From Candidatus Latescibacterota bacterium (GTDB lineage: Bacteria > Latescibacterota > UBA2968 > GCA-2709665): a stretch of 64,000 nt of DNA. The stretch lies in the NCBI GenBank assembly GCA_965219995.1, contig CBDCOX010000002.1, positions 2,464,001-2,528,000 of the forward strand, given 5' to 3'. Both the position numbers and the translations under genes were made by a program. Positions 47,029 through 58,621 of this stretch are shown in pieces (the first letter of the stretch is position 1; each line of letters begins with the position of its first letter). Under the pieces are notes generated by a model that was not told where the DNA came from, did not search any database, and saw only the letters and a list, made by a program, of their open reading frames with translations.

Positions 47029-47546
47029 GGTTGAATCTCCCTGTTGTGAATCCGATCGATCCTATGAAAGTCTACGGGATTTGACCGCGAAATCCTCGCG
47101 GCCGCCGACTTAGCCTGGATAACTCACTAAACATGAACTTACATGGATGGACAGGATGAACAGGATAAAGACCAAGAGCAGGACAAATGCTCATGATTCC
47201 GGGCCAAACCGGTGGATCCTTACCTCCGTGGGCAACGAAACATCACCCTGACCAATCAATTTCGTAGTTCATGAAATACTGTCGCAAAAACTTCGCTGAA
47301 TTTATTGAAAAACAACCCGTTATACATCAAAACCATGGGATTTCGTGAATAATCCACCTTAGCAATATAACAAGAGTGGCGGCTGAATTCAATCCCCCGC
47401 GGTGTTTCGGGTGGGTCCCGTGTCCGGGTGCCCCCGGCGCGCGGCGGTTCCATCCGTAAATCAATTGAGCGGCCGACATGATGTCGGCCGCTCTATGCAG
47501 GTTCCGTTCCCGGTCGGACGCGTAAAACCCTTCCCGCAACCCGCCG

Positions 47547-48809
47547 TTATTGAAGTTCCCCGGCCTGCGTCACCACCTTCCGGAATGCCTCCGCATGTTC
47601 CCTGATGACTTCCGGGCGATAGTGTTTGAACCACGGGATGGAAAAGAGACGATCCGACATCCGCTCCGTCTGCGGCAGGCTCCCCTCGCCCTGGCGCACG
47701 TCGGCGTCGGAATGCGCGACACGCGTGGGTTCTCCGTGGCCGTAGACGTCGGCCTCGTTCAGTACGGGATGCAAATGCATCAACAGGTTGGCCCCCGCCC
47801 CGCAGGAGGTCCCTTCGGCCCGCACGGCCTCGCAGAACTTCCGCAGGGACAGCCCGCCGAGTTCCTCCGGCACGTAGATGCCATGCGCGGCGTACCAGCC
47901 GCCCATCGTGCTGCCGGAGCCCTTCGGCGGCCTGTGGGGGCGCAGCCCCGGCGCGCCTTCGAGCAGGTCCCAGAAAGCGTTCATCGACCTGTCGATTTCT
48001 TCCATCCGTTCCCGGTAATGCCTGAGCTGGACGCGCCCGACGGCCGACGAAAGCTGGTGCATCCTGTATTTGAATCCGCCCAGAGGCAGGCCGGCGAACT
48101 TCTTCAACTCGGGATTTTCGATTTGCCCCGTACGCTCGTAATGGCCGAACGCAATCGCGCGCTCGTAGATCTCCTGGTCGTCGGTGACCAGCATCCCCGC
48201 CTCGCCGATCGCCAATGACTTTCCCGCCATGCAGGACATCGCGCCCACGTGGCCGATGCCGCCCGTCAGGCGCCCCTTGTACATCGCGCCGTGGGCGTGG
48301 GAGACGTCCTCGATCACCTTGATTCCGCGGGCGTTGGCGATCTCCATGATTGCATCCATATCCGTGGGATGGCCGAAGTAGTGGACCGCCACGATCGCCT
48401 TGGTTCTGTCCGTGATCTTCCGTTCCACGTCTGCCGGGTCCAGTGTGATCGTTTCCGGGTCGATATCCGCGTACACGATGGTCGCGCCGAGATTCATTGC
48501 CTGAATCACCGATGCCCAGAACGTCATACTCTGGCAGATGATTTCATCTCCCACACCCACGCCGCAGCCGAACATCGCCGAATGGATCGAAGAGGTACCC
48601 GTATTGTGCCCAAGCGCGTATTTCGTGCCAAACCAGTCGGCGTATTCCTTTTCAAACTGCACCGTGACGTCCGTTCCGGACATGGCCCCGCGGCGCAGCA
48701 CCTCCAGCGCGGCCTCTTCGTCTTCCTCTGTAATGATCGGCCAGGTGAACATGTCTCCAGGATCGGTCTTCACCGCCCTCGATCCACCCAGAATGGCCAG
48801 CTTGTCCAT
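47547..48809 (-). CDS. DegT/DnrJ/EryC1/StrS PLP aminotransferase
   Basis: IEDVSHAHGA, SCMAGKSLAIGEAG (Lys retained). Confidence 0.92.
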   Translation of the reverse strand: MDKLAILGGSRAVKTDPGDMFTWPIITEEDEEAALEVLRRGAMSGTDVTVQFEKEYADWFGTKYALGHNTGTSSIHSAMFGCGVGVGDEIICQSMTFWASVIQAMNLGATIVYADIDPETITLDPADVERKITDRTKAIVAVHYFGHPTDMDAIMEIANARGIKVIEDVSHAHGAMYKGRLTGGIGHVGAMSCMAGKSLAIGEAGMLVTDDQEIYERAIAFGHYERTGQIENPELKKFAGLPLGGFKYRMHQLSSAVGRVQLRHYRERMEEIDRSMNAFWDLLEGAPGLRPHRPPKGSGSTMGGWYAAHGIYVPEELGGLSLRKFCEAVRAEGTSCGAGANLLMHLHPVLNEADVYGHGEPTRVAHSDADVRQGEGSLPQTERMSDRLFSIPWFKHYRPEVIREHAEAFRKVVTQAGELQ

Positions 48810-49084
48810 CTTCGAACCTCCTCAGGAACGTTCCACCCCTACAGTCAGGTTAATCGCCGAGATTCCATTCCGTTGGTTTCGCCGCAGCAATCGGTTTAAT
48901 ACCAAAATAAAACCGATTCCGCAAGCGAAATATGCCGCAATCCACCTTTCGCATTTCCCCTTGATTTTCAGCCATGAATTCGGTAATTAACGTCCCATCA
49001 CGAGAACGTCTCACCGTCGATTCACCGATTCACTTTGCGTTGGGAGCATTGCCTGTCGTCAGGCTGTGTAAGCCGCGATTCGAA

Positions 49085-49185
49085 ACGCGGTCATTGAGCT
49101 TGTCGAAATGCCCGCGTAACGAAACCTGTTCGGTGCCTTTCAACGCCCCTCGCCGACCCTTCGACAAGCTCAGGGAGCGGCTCAG
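49085..49185. repeat. REP-like fragments of the same composite family
   Basis: ggtcattgagcttgtcgaaatgcccg; cccttcgacaagctcaggg. Confidence 0.7.
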
Positions 49186-49317
49186 GTCCATGGCACAGGT
49201 TGCTGAATGAATCGACGAATGCCAGCGGGACGACTCGGTGCCCAAATCTCTGCAATCTTTCTTCAGTGACAAAACACCAGCCATTTCGATGCCTATCGAA
49301 CACCACATCCGGTTTCC

Positions 49318-50295
49318 ATGTCCATCCTCATCACCGGTATCACGGGCCGAATCGGCGCCAACCTGGCCAGAGCGCTGGTAGAGCGGGGGCACCCCGTGCG
49401 CGGCCTGGTCTGGCCGCGGGATCCCCGCGTCGACAAGCTGAACGGCCTCGGGGTGGAGCTCGTCTCAGGAAGCCTCACGAATGCAGGCGAGGTACTGGCG
49501 GCCATGCGGGGCATCAAGACGGCCTATCACCTGGGCGCGGCCTTTCAGGGCGGCGGTCCGTTTTCCGAAGCCGACTATTTCGAAATCAACGTGCGCGGCA
49601 CGTTCAACATGCTCGAAGCCGCCAGAGCGCAGGACACGCCGCCGCGGTTCATTTTCGCGGGCACGGACGCCGTTTACGAAAAGTACGTCCCGGGGGGACT
49701 GGCCGAACCGATCCGGGAAGACCGGACACCGCGGCGCTGCCGCGGATGGTACGCGCTGTCCAAATCGCTCGGCGAAGAACTCTGTACCGGATACTGGCTC
49801 ACCTGCAAGCTGCCCGTGGTCGTGCTCCGGTTCTGCATGGTCTTCGGCGCGGGCGAGATTCTGGACTTTCCCCAATTCCGATTGAGCGGATTGAAAGGCC
49901 GTCCCGAATTCAAGGGCTCGTGGCGGGGAACGGAGCGCCTGGTGGTGCTCAGGGACCCGGAGGGCAGACCCTTCAAGAAACACGTCGCCGACGTGCGTGA
50001 CATCGTCCACGGCTGCGAACGTGCGATGTGCGCGGAGGGCGTTTCGGGTGAAATCATCCAGCTCGCGGGGCCTGCGCCATTCACCTGGGATGAAGCCGTC
50101 CCGTATCTTTCGGAACGTCTGGACGTCCCCTGTATCGAAGCCGTCCCGCGGGGAGACCCCACGTTCTACGAATTCGACCTGTCCAGGGCCCGGAAGCTGC
50201 TGGGGTTCAAGCCCCGGTACGATATACGAAAGATGATTGACGACGCCATGGCCTACCGGCGCGGGGATGACATCGGCGTCCTGGGAACGGATTAA
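49318..50295 (+). CDS. NAD-dependent epimerase/dehydratase (extended SDR)
   Basis: ITGITGRIG, YALSK. Confidence 0.9.
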   Translation: MSILITGITGRIGANLARALVERGHPVRGLVWPRDPRVDKLNGLGVELVSGSLTNAGEVLAAMRGIKTAYHLGAAFQGGGPFSEADYFEINVRGTFNMLEAARAQDTPPRFIFAGTDAVYEKYVPGGLAEPIREDRTPRRCRGWYALSKSLGEELCTGYWLTCKLPVVVLRFCMVFGAGEILDFPQFRLSGLKGRPEFKGSWRGTERLVVLRDPEGRPFKKHVADVRDIVHGCERAMCAEGVSGEIIQLAGPAPFTWDEAVPYLSERLDVPCIEAVPRGDPTFYEFDLSRARKLLGFKPRYDIRKMIDDAMAYRRGDDIGVLGTD

Positions 50296-50305
50296 GGGGG
50301 AAGCC

Positions 50306-51067
50306 ATGTCTTCAGAATGCACCTTCTGGCCTGGAGGCGCCCGGGGCGCCGTAAGCCTGACATTCGACGACGGCCTCGAAACGCAACTGGACCATGCGAT
50401 TCCCTGTCTGGACGAAGTGAACCTGAAGGGGACGTTCTACGTCAACCCCGGCCGTTCCCAACTCTGGGAATCGCAGGTCCCCCGATGGCAGCAGGCCAGT
50501 AAGGGCGGTCACGAACTCGGCAATCACACCTCGATGCATCCCTGTTCCTGCAACTTCGGATTTCGCAATGACGGCTATTGTCTCGAAAACCTGGGGCTGG
50601 ATGACATCGCGCGCACCATCGACGAAGCCACCGAAGACCTGAACCGCCTGTTTCCCGAACAACAGGGCGACCGGACGTTCTGCTATCCCTGTTACCAGAC
50701 GTACGTGGGCGCCGGCGAAAACCGGCAATCCTATGTCCCGGTCGTCGCGCGCCGGTTCAAGGCCGCCAGGGGCTGGGGCGAACGCGCCAATCATCCGGAA
50801 CGGATCGACCTGGCCTGCACCTGGTCCCTGCCCGTAGACGGACACACCGGAGCAGAGATGGTCGCGTTCATCGATAACGCTGTCAGCGACGGTCTCTGGG
50901 CCGTTATCTGCATGCACGGCGTCGGCGGCCAGCATCTCTCCATTTCAACGTCGTCTTTGAGGGAAGTCGTTCAATATCTGGACGCCAACCGGGACAGGAT
51001 CTGGACCGCCACGATGATCGACGCCGCCAACCGTATCCTGCGGCATCGTCGCTCCCGGGACGGATAA
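50306..51067 (+). CDS. Polysaccharide deacetylase family protein
   Basis: VSLTFDDG, HELGNHT..H, FCYP, MHGV. Confidence 0.9.
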   Translation: MSSECTFWPGGARGAVSLTFDDGLETQLDHAIPCLDEVNLKGTFYVNPGRSQLWESQVPRWQQASKGGHELGNHTSMHPCSCNFGFRNDGYCLENLGLDDIARTIDEATEDLNRLFPEQQGDRTFCYPCYQTYVGAGENRQSYVPVVARRFKAARGWGERANHPERIDLACTWSLPVDGHTGAEMVAFIDNAVSDGLWAVICMHGVGGQHLSISTSSLREVVQYLDANRDRIWTATMIDAANRILRHRRSRDG

Positions 51068-51126
51068 CGGGAACATCCGCTTCGCGGACCCCCTCTACAC
51101 AGGAGCGACGACAAAGGGGATTTCGC

Positions 51127-52233
51127 ATGATCGTACAGACTCATCTCATCGGATGCCGCAAAGCCGACCTGGACACGCCGGCGCTCCTGGTGGACCTGCC
51201 CACGCTTGAACGCAACACCAGGAAGATGGCGGACACCATTATCCACAAAGCGGGCGTCCAGTGGCGGCCTCACACGAAAGGCATGAAGACCCCGGCGCTC
51301 GCCCACAGGCTGCTGGAAGCGGGCGCCATCGGCATTACCTGCGCCAAACTCGGCGAGGCCGAAGTGATGGCCGGCGGCGGCGTCAACGACATCCTTATTG
51401 CCAACCAGATCGTGGGCCCCCGCAAAATCGCGCGCCTCGTCAACCTTCGGAAACAGGCCGACGTCATGGTCTGCGTTGACGATGAAAGCAACGTTCGCCA
51501 GCTCGACCGCGCCGCCGTGGAGAAAGGCGTGCGCGTCCGGGTGCTGATCGAGGTCGACGTGGGAATGAACCGCGCGGGCGTTGTGCCGGGGGACCCGGTT
51601 CTATCGCTTGCGCGGACCATCGCCGCATGCCCGGGTCTGAAACTGTCGGGCCTGATGACGTGGGAAGCGCACACGCTGGCCATAAAGGACCCCGGCGAAA
51701 AACGGCGGATCATCACGGAGTCCCTGTCGAAACTCACGGACAGCGCGGACCTGTGCCGCCGCAGCGGTTTCCGTATCGACATTCTCAGTTGCGGCGGTAC
51801 CGGCACGTACTGGATCAGCGCTTTCCATCCAGGCGTCACCGAGATCGAAGCCGGCGGCGGCATCTTCGGCGACATCCGGTACCGAACCGTCTTCGGGGTG
51901 CAGCACGAATACGCCCTCACGGTGCTTTCCACCGTCACCAGCCGCCCCACGCCCACCCGCATCATCTGCGACGCGGGAAAGAAGACGATGAGCAGCGACT
52001 CATCCGTCCCGGCGCCGATCGGCATCCCCGACGTCACCCTGGTAAGCCTTTCCGCCGAACACGGAAAGATTGAACTGGGTGCGCCCGCGGAGACCCCGGG
52101 AGTTGGCGAAACCATCGAATTCGTGGCGGGATACTCCGATACGACGGTGGTCCTGCACGACGAGCTCTACGGAATCCGCGACGGCGTGGTCGAAGCCGTC
52201 TGGCCGCTTCCGGCCCGCGGCCGCCTGCAGTGA
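51127..52233 (+). CDS. D-threonine aldolase/DSD1-family fold-III PLP enzyme
   Basis: DTPALLVD, RPHTK, IEVDVGMNRAG, GGTGT, DAGKK, SAEHG. Confidence 0.9.
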   Translation: MIVQTHLIGCRKADLDTPALLVDLPTLERNTRKMADTIIHKAGVQWRPHTKGMKTPALAHRLLEAGAIGITCAKLGEAEVMAGGGVNDILIANQIVGPRKIARLVNLRKQADVMVCVDDESNVRQLDRAAVEKGVRVRVLIEVDVGMNRAGVVPGDPVLSLARTIAACPGLKLSGLMTWEAHTLAIKDPGEKRRIITESLSKLTDSADLCRRSGFRIDILSCGGTGTYWISAFHPGVTEIEAGGGIFGDIRYRTVFGVQHEYALTVLSTVTSRPTPTRIICDAGKKTMSSDSSVPAPIGIPDVTLVSLSAEHGKIELGAPAETPGVGETIEFVAGYSDTTVVLHDELYGIRDGVVEAVWPLPARGRLQ

Positions 52234-52354
52234 CAACTCCCGCCCCGTACGGCGTCCTCCCGCTGCCGGAGGCCGACGCGAAACGACCGGAAACAGCCGC
52301 TCGAGACCGCACATTCCATCGCTCGAACGACCTCCGGTTTCGGCCAGTTTTGTA

Positions 52355-52383
52355 TTGACGAATTTGGCATAAATCGTTATCAT
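52355..52383 (+). promoter_or_regulatory. Putative sigma70 promoter of the frd operon
   Basis: TTGACG-17-TATCAT, 50 bp upstream of the ATG. Confidence 0.62.
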
Positions 52384-52432
52384 AAGTGCTCTTTACGAAG
52401 GAACCGAACGCGATCCATCCGCGGGGACTTAA

Positions 52433-54142
52433 ATGGACATACCGATTCACGACGTGCTTCTCGTAGGCGGTGGCGCGGCGGGCTTGCGCGCCGCCATCGC
52501 CGCGGCGGAAACCGATGCCGGTCTGAACGTCGCCGTCGTCTCCAAAGTCTATCCCATGCGCAGCCACACCGTCTCGGCCGAGGGCGGCGCGGCGGCCGTC
52601 ATGCGCGAGTACGACAATCTCGATCTCCACTCTTTCGACACGATCCGGGGCAGCGACTACCTGGCCGACCAGGACGTGGTCGAAGCCTTTGTAAAGGAAG
52701 CGCAGGACGAATCCATTCAGCTCGAACACTGGGGCTGCCCCTGGAGCCGGGATGAGGACGGCCGGGTCAGCGTGCGGGCTTTCGGCGGTATGAGCGTCAA
52801 GCGCACGCTCTATGCGGCCGACAAAACCGGCTTCCATATGTTGCACGCCCTGTTTCAGACCTCCCTGAAATACAACGCGGTGACCCGGTACGACGAGTGG
52901 TTTGTCACGTCTCTTCTCGTAGACGACGGAAGGGTCTGCGGCGTAGCCGCGCTGAACATGCGCACGGGCGCCATCCACGCGATCGGCGCGAAGACGGTGA
53001 TCATCTGCACCGGGGGCGGCGGCAAGATCTTCCCGTTTACCACGAATGCCGCCATCAAGAACGGCGACGGCATGGCCCTTGCCTACCGCATCGGGTGTCC
53101 ATTGAAGGACATGGAGTTCGTCCAGTACCATCCCACCGGTCTTCCCGGTACGGGTATCCTGATGACCGAGGCTTCGCGGGGGGAAGGCGGCTATCTGGTC
53201 AACAACAAGGGGGACCGCTATCTGAGCGAATACATCCCCGGGAAGATGGAACTGGGCCCGCGCGATATCCTTTCCCGCGCGTTCATGTATGAAATGCGGG
53301 AGGGCCGCGTTTTCGACGGGCCCTATGGCAACTACGTCCATCTGGACCTGAGACACCTGGGCGAGAAAGTCATCGACGAAAAGCTGCCGTTTGTCAGGGA
53401 ACTGTCCAGGAACTACGTGGGGATCGATCCGGTCCAGGACCCCATCCCCGTCCGCCCGGTGGTCCACTATATGATGGGCGGCGTCCATACCGATATCGAC
53501 GGCGTCACGCCCGTTCCGGGCCTCTACGCGGCCGGCGAAGCCGCATGCGTGAGCCTGAACGGCGCCAACCGGCTGGGGTCCAATTCCCTCACGGAATGCC
53601 TCGTTTTCGGCGCCCGTGCCGGCAAGGTCGCCGCGGAATACGCCAGCGGACAGGCGGCGCCCGGCCAGGGCACGCTCGAGAACCTCGCCAGCGACGAGCG
53701 GAAGCGCATCGAACGGACGTACCTGCAGCCGCGCAACGGCAAGGAACGCGTGGCGGACATTCGTACTGAAATGCAGGCGGCGATGGAACGCGGCGCGGGC
53801 ATCTTCCGTAATGAAGAGACGTTGAAAGAAACCTGCGAAGTCCTGAGGAAACTTCAGGAACGCTTTCGAAACGTCGGCCTGGACGATACCTCGAGCGTAT
53901 TCAACACCGAACTCACGGCGGCGCTGGAACTGGGATTCATGCTGGATGCGGCTGAAGCGCTTGCGCACGCCGCCCTGGACCGCAAGGAATCCAGGGGCTC
54001 TCACTCCCGCTCGGATTTCGAGGACCGGGACGATGAGGAATACCTGAAACACTCACTGACATACAGGACGGAAGCCGGCCCGCGCACCGACTACCTGCCC
54101 GTAACGATCACCCGCTGGCAACCCGAAGAGCGTAAGTACTGA
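52433..54142 (+). CDS. frdA: Fumarate reductase/succinate dehydrogenase flavoprotein
   Basis: [10 protein letters not shown] (covalent FAD His), [25 protein letters not shown]. Confidence 0.93.
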   Translation: MDIPIHDVLLVGGGAAGLRAAIAAAETDAGLNVAVVSKVYPMRSHTVSAEGGAAAVMREYDNLDLHSFDTIRGSDYLADQDVVEAFVKEAQDESIQLEHWGCPWSRDEDGRVSVRAFGGMSVKRTLYAADKTGFHMLHALFQTSLKYNAVTRYDEWFVTSLLVDDGRVCGVAALNMRTGAIHAIGAKTVIICTGGGGKIFPFTTNAAIKNGDGMALAYRIGCPLKDMEFVQYHPTGLPGTGILMTEASRGEGGYLVNNKGDRYLSEYIPGKMELGPRDILSRAFMYEMREGRVFDGPYGNYVHLDLRHLGEKVIDEKLPFVRELSRNYVGIDPVQDPIPVRPVVHYMMGGVHTDIDGVTPVPGLYAAGEAACVSLNGANRLGSNSLTECLVFGARAGKVAAEYASGQAAPGQGTLENLASDERKRIERTYLQPRNGKERVADIRTEMQAAMERGAGIFRNEETLKETCEVLRKLQERFRNVGLDDTSSVFNTELTAALELGFMLDAAEALAHAALDRKESRGSHSRSDFEDRDDEEYLKHSLTYRTEAGPRTDYLPVTITRWQPEERKY

Positions 54143-54197
54143 CTGCAGGACGAGAGGCGCGAAACCCGGATTCCGGAACGTCCGCAAGGGGAATTCC

Positions 54198-54947
54198 ATG
54201 AGCAATGGCAAGAACATCACCATCACCGTAACCCGCTATCGCCCCGAACAGGAAGACGAACCCGTCGAACAATCCTATGATATCGAGTTTCAGGAAGACT
54301 GGGTGGTACTGGACGGGCTGAATCACATCAAGGACCACATCGACGGATCGCTCTCCTTCCGCTGGTCATGCCGGATGGGTGTCTGCGGCAGTTGCGGGAT
54401 GATGGTCAACGGCGAGCCCAAGCTCTCCTGCGCCGCCTTTCTGCGCGACTATTACCCGGGCGAAGTCCGGGTGGAGCCCCTGAACAACTTCCCCATCGTC
54501 CGGGACCTGATCATCGACATGACGGACTTCATGGACAAACTCAAGGCGGTGCAGCCCTGGATCATCCGGGAGGAAGAAAAACCGGTTTCGGAAGGGGAGT
54601 ACCTGCAGACGCCCGAGGAGCTGAAGGAATACAAGCAGTTCAGCATGTGCATCAATTGCATGCTCTGCTACGCCGCCTGCCCGGTATACGGACTCGAGAC
54701 CGAGTTCGTCGGCCCCGCGGCCATTGCCCTGGGGCACCGGTACAACCTGGACTCCCGGGACGAGGGACAGGAACGGCGTCAACACGTCATTGCAAGCACC
54801 GAGGGCATCTGGGAATGCACCTATATTGGCGAGTGCTCCGTGGTCTGCCCCAAAGACGTGGATCCCGCGGCCGCCATCCAGCGAAGCAAGGTGGCCACGA
54901 CAGGCAGCTGGTTCAAATCCGTACTCCTGCCCTGGGGGAAGAAGTAA
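54198..54947 (+). CDS. frdB: Fumarate reductase iron-sulfur subunit
   Basis: [34 protein letters not shown]. Confidence 0.93.
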   Translation: MSNGKNITITVTRYRPEQEDEPVEQSYDIEFQEDWVVLDGLNHIKDHIDGSLSFRWSCRMGVCGSCGMMVNGEPKLSCAAFLRDYYPGEVRVEPLNNFPIVRDLIIDMTDFMDKLKAVQPWIIREEEKPVSEGEYLQTPEELKEYKQFSMCINCMLCYAACPVYGLETEFVGPAAIALGHRYNLDSRDEGQERRQHVIASTEGIWECTYIGECSVVCPKDVDPAAAIQRSKVATTGSWFKSVLLPWGKK

Positions 54948-54948
54948 G

Positions 54949-55359
54949 ATGATGAGCGAACAAGAGACCGAACACAAGGCCTACGTGCGTCGCGTACCGA
55001 TCACCTGGTGGCTGCATAACCGCAGGTATTTTCTGTTTATGGTCCGGGAATCGACCAGCGTGTTCATCGCCCTGTTTGTCCTGGTATACCTGTACCAGCT
55101 CTTTCTGATCTCCAGAGGCGCGGAAGTTCACGATCTGTTTCAGGAATCGCTCCGGTCCGTTCCCTTCGTCGTGGGCTATGTCATCGTGCTTCTGTTCGCG
55201 CTTTACCACAGCATCACCTGGCTGGGTCTGGTTTCCAGGATTCAGATCGTTCGCCTCGGCCGCCTGACGGTACCGCCCTTTCTCGTGGGGCTGGGCGCCT
55301 ATCTTTCCTGGATCGTTGCGTCGGCCGTCGTCGCCTGGCTGATTTTGAACCTGGCGTAG
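54949..55359 (+). CDS. frdC: Fumarate reductase membrane anchor C
   Basis: YVRRVPITWW..FMVRESTS..HSITW; 3 TM. Confidence 0.88.
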   Translation: MMSEQETEHKAYVRRVPITWWLHNRRYFLFMVRESTSVFIALFVLVYLYQLFLISRGAEVHDLFQESLRSVPFVVGYVIVLLFALYHSITWLGLVSRIQIVRLGRLTVPPFLVGLGAYLSWIVASAVVAWLILNLA

Positions 55360-55368
55360 GAGGAGTCC

Positions 55369-55725
55369 GTGTACAAGGAAGACAGATCCGAACCCTTCTG
55401 GTGGGGCATGTTCTCGCTGGGCGGCGTGGTTGCCGCGCTGCTGATACCCGTCCACGTCTTTTTCATCGGGCTGGCCGTTCCGCTCGGCCTGATCGACAAG
55501 AGCCTGCTCGAGTTCAGCCGGATGAAATCCCTGCTTGCAAATCCGCTGGTGAAAGTCTACCTCTTTGCCCTCGTTGTCCTTCCGCTTTTTCACGCCGCGC
55601 ACCGCATTCGCTTTTCGCTGCACGAAATGGGCATCCGGAGATTGCTGATTTCGCTGGACGTCCTCTGCTATGGCGGCGCCCTCGTGGGTACGGCCGTAAC
55701 GCTGTACGTTCTGTTGGTAATTTAG
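55369..55725 (+). CDS. frdD: Fumarate reductase membrane anchor D
   Basis: RSEPFWWGMFSLGG..LPLFHAAHRIR..CYG. Confidence 0.9.
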   Translation: MYKEDRSEPFWWGMFSLGGVVAALLIPVHVFFIGLAVPLGLIDKSLLEFSRMKSLLANPLVKVYLFALVVLPLFHAAHRIRFSLHEMGIRRLLISLDVLCYGGALVGTAVTLYVLLVI

Positions 55726-55794
55726 AGCCGGGTCCGAAAAGAACCTGTATCTTGGGGCCGGCGAAGCCGGACGTATCGAAGTTCGAGACCGCCT

Positions 55795-57117
55795 ATGAAA
55801 CCGGCATCCGTCAACCCGTCGTCGGCCGCCGTACGGAAGGTGCTCACCTGGTGCGGCGCGTTTTCGGTTCTCTGGCCGGCCACCCACGCGGCGGGTGACC
55901 CTCCGGACACCGTCTTCGGGCAAGTGCGCGCTTCGGTTGTCGTTCTGGACGTGGAAAGAAGCGACGGTTCCCGGAACCGTGGACTGGGTTTCCTGGCCAT
56001 AGACAGCCGAATTGCGGTTACGACGTGGGATCTGGTCGACGATGCGGTCCGGGTTGTCGCCAGATTCGAATCCGGCGAGGAGTTCGGGGTTTCGGGCGTT
56101 GTCGACAAGGACGAGAAACGAAACGTCGCGCTGGTTCGAATCAAGGTCTTCGGCAGGCCGTTACTCGAACTGGACGCGCGCGACCCGGTTGACACCGAAA
56201 AAACCTACATTGTCGACGCGGTCGAGGGGGGAACGTTCAACCTCGTTGACGGCAGGCTGAATCCGCCCGAGATCGTCGACGGCGTCAGGACCTATCCTCT
56301 GGACGCCGCCGTGTCCGCCAGCGGCAGCGGTGCGCCGCTCCTGGACGAATCCGGCCGCGTGATCGGCGTCGTATCGAATCGGTCGCGTGAAGATCGCGTA
56401 TCCGGACGGGCGATTCCATCCGCCTACGCGCTTGGACTGGATCACACCCTGCCCACCCGTCCCTGGGAGAGGATCGCCCCACCCGCAACGCCTCCGTCTC
56501 CGGCGCACGCTCCCGCGGATGTGCCGGCGCCGCCGGATCCCAACGGCATCCGCTTTCGCTTCTACCGGGCTGAGAAACAGAGATTCAGCGACGTCAACCG
56601 GAACCTCTGGACGGATTCGATACAGTGGTGGGTTGGGAATATCCAGGAAAAGTGCGGCGGGAACCCGCGCGTCGACAACGTGGAAGACAGGGGTGTGGAT
56701 GCGGTAACGATTCCATCCGAAAAGGCGCGGTTCACAACCCGGACAACCGGATGGGATTCCTGGGTGCTGGGCACAGCCGCGCTGAAAGAATTGATCGCCG
56801 CTACCGGACGGACCCGTGACTTTCACATCGGCGTTTTTCAGGAAGTCAAGTACAAGCCGTCGCCCGAGGAGAAGTCCCGGGCCGTAGCAGGGATCCACGT
56901 CCCGTCCAACGTCCTGGCGCTTTACTTCAAGGCCACCCGGATCGAGGAAGACGAACGCGCTCACTTCATCGGCTACCTCTTCGGCCTCGACAGCGGCGAC
57001 GGCGGCGTGATGTCCTCCAGATATCCCCGCGGGCCCGGCTCGCCCCCCGCCTACGGCAACATGACCGCATGGCCGGCGCACTGGTGCGGGAAAATCGCCG
57101 GATATCTCGATCAATAG
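55795..57117 (+). CDS. Secreted trypsin-like domain protein with Pro-rich linker and degenerate zincin-like C-domain
   Basis: GLGF..VTTWDLV..NVALV..SASGSGAPLLDESGRVIGV; C-terminal AHFIGYLFGL...VM. Confidence 0.7.
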   Translation: MKPASVNPSSAAVRKVLTWCGAFSVLWPATHAAGDPPDTVFGQVRASVVVLDVERSDGSRNRGLGFLAIDSRIAVTTWDLVDDAVRVVARFESGEEFGVSGVVDKDEKRNVALVRIKVFGRPLLELDARDPVDTEKTYIVDAVEGGTFNLVDGRLNPPEIVDGVRTYPLDAAVSASGSGAPLLDESGRVIGVVSNRSREDRVSGRAIPSAYALGLDHTLPTRPWERIAPPATPPSPAHAPADVPAPPDPNGIRFRFYRAEKQRFSDVNRNLWTDSIQWWVGNIQEKCGGNPRVDNVEDRGVDAVTIPSEKARFTTRTTGWDSWVLGTAALKELIAATGRTRDFHIGVFQEVKYKPSPEEKSRAVAGIHVPSNVLALYFKATRIEEDERAHFIGYLFGLDSGDGGVMSSRYPRGPGSPPAYGNMTAWPAHWCGKIAGYLDQ

Positions 57118-57130
57118 GATGCTGGAGGCG

Positions 57131-57171
57131 ATAAGAAAGGCCCGGCAGTATTCCTGCCGGGCCTTTCTTAT
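57131..57171. terminator. Bidirectional intrinsic terminator between convergent genes
   Basis: ataagaaaggcccggcag-tattc-ctgccgggcctttcttat. Confidence 0.88.
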
Positions 57172-57226
57172 ATTTGACCATCACAGTCTACAGGGCGACG
57201 CGAATCGACGCGCGCCGCCGCCGGCA

Positions 57227-58621
57227 TCAGGCGCCGGGACCCGTCATTTTCTCCGGACGGACGGCGGCGTCGAACGCTTCACCGTCCATCAGATCGAGCG
57301 CCATCGCGGATTCCCGAAGGGTCAGATTCTCGTCGAATGCCTTCTTCGCCACCTTTGCCGCATTGTCGTATCCGATCTGAGGATTCAGTGCCGTGACGAG
57401 CATGAGCGACCGTTCCAGATGGTTCCGGATGTTCTCCCGGTTCGGTTCAATGCCCACCGCGCAGTGATCGTTGAACGCCGCACAGGCATCCGCCAGCAGC
57501 CGGACCGACTGCAGCAGATTGTAGACGATCAGCGGTTTGAACACGTTCAGTTCGAAATTCCCCGAAGATCCGCCCACCGCAATCGCCGTATCGTTCCCGA
57601 TCACCTGCCCGGCCACCATGGTCATCGCTTCGCACTGCGTGGGGTTCACCTTCCCCGGCATGATCGAACTGCCCGGTTCGTTGGCCGGGAGCGTCAACTC
57701 GCCGACGCCGCACCGCGGCCCCGAAGCCAGCCATCGCGTGTCGTTGGCTATTTTCATCAGCGAGCAGGCCAGCGTTTTCAGTGCGCCGCTCGTTTCAACC
57801 ATCGCGTCGTGGGCCGCCAGCGCCTCGAACTTGTTGCCGGCCGATACAAACGGATGGCCTGCCAATTCGGCAATCCGCGAGGCGGCCCGGTCGGCAAACT
57901 CCGGATGCGTATTCAGCCCGGTACCGACCGCCGTGCCGCCCAGCGCGAGCTCATACAGATTCGGCAGGCATCGCTCAACGCGCTCCAGGCCTTTCGTCAA
58001 CTGGGTCACGTATCCGGAGAATTCCTGGCTGAGCGTGAGTGGAACGGCGTCCATCAGATGCGTGCGTCCGATCTTTATGATGTCCTCGAATTCGTCCGCT
58101 TTGGCTGCCAGTGTATCCCGCAGCTGTCCGACCATCGGAATCAGCCGTCCGTGAATCTCGCAAACGGCCGCAATATGCATTGCCGCGGGAAACGTGTCGT
58201 TCGACGACTGCGCCATGTTGACGTCGTCGTTCGGGTGAATCGGATCCTTGCTGCCCATCCGCCCGCCGGCAATCTGAATGGCCCGGTTGGAAATGACTTC
58301 ATTGGCGTTCATATTCGTCTGGGTGCCGCTTCCCGTCTGCCAGATCCGCAGCGGAAAGTGGTCGTTCAGCGTACCCTCGATGACTTCGTCGGCCGCACGC
58401 ACAATGAGGTCCGCCTTTTCCGGCGGGAGCTTTCCCAGGTCCCGATTCACCAGTACGGCCGCTTTCTTCAGAATGCCGAACGCCTTGATCAGCTCCCCGG
58501 GCATGCGCTCTTCGCCAATGTCGAAATGAATCAGCGCCCTGGCCGTCTGGGCGCCGTAATACCGGTCGTCCCGAACCTGAATCTCTCCCATGCTGTCCGT
58601 TTCGATTCTGTATCCCGCCAT
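57227..58621 (-). CDS. fumC: Class II fumarate hydratase
   Basis: [27 protein letters not shown]. Confidence 0.97.
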   Translation of the reverse strand: MAGYRIETDSMGEIQVRDDRYYGAQTARALIHFDIGEERMPGELIKAFGILKKAAVLVNRDLGKLPPEKADLIVRAADEVIEGTLNDHFPLRIWQTGSGTQTNMNANEVISNRAIQIAGGRMGSKDPIHPNDDVNMAQSSNDTFPAAMHIAAVCEIHGRLIPMVGQLRDTLAAKADEFEDIIKIGRTHLMDAVPLTLSQEFSGYVTQLTKGLERVERCLPNLYELALGGTAVGTGLNTHPEFADRAASRIAELAGHPFVSAGNKFEALAAHDAMVETSGALKTLACSLMKIANDTRWLASGPRCGVGELTLPANEPGSSIMPGKVNPTQCEAMTMVAGQVIGNDTAIAVGGSSGNFELNVFKPLIVYNLLQSVRLLADACAAFNDHCAVGIEPNRENIRNHLERSLMLVTALNPQIGYDNAAKVAKKAFDENLTLRESAMALDLMDGEAFDAAVRPEKMTGPGA

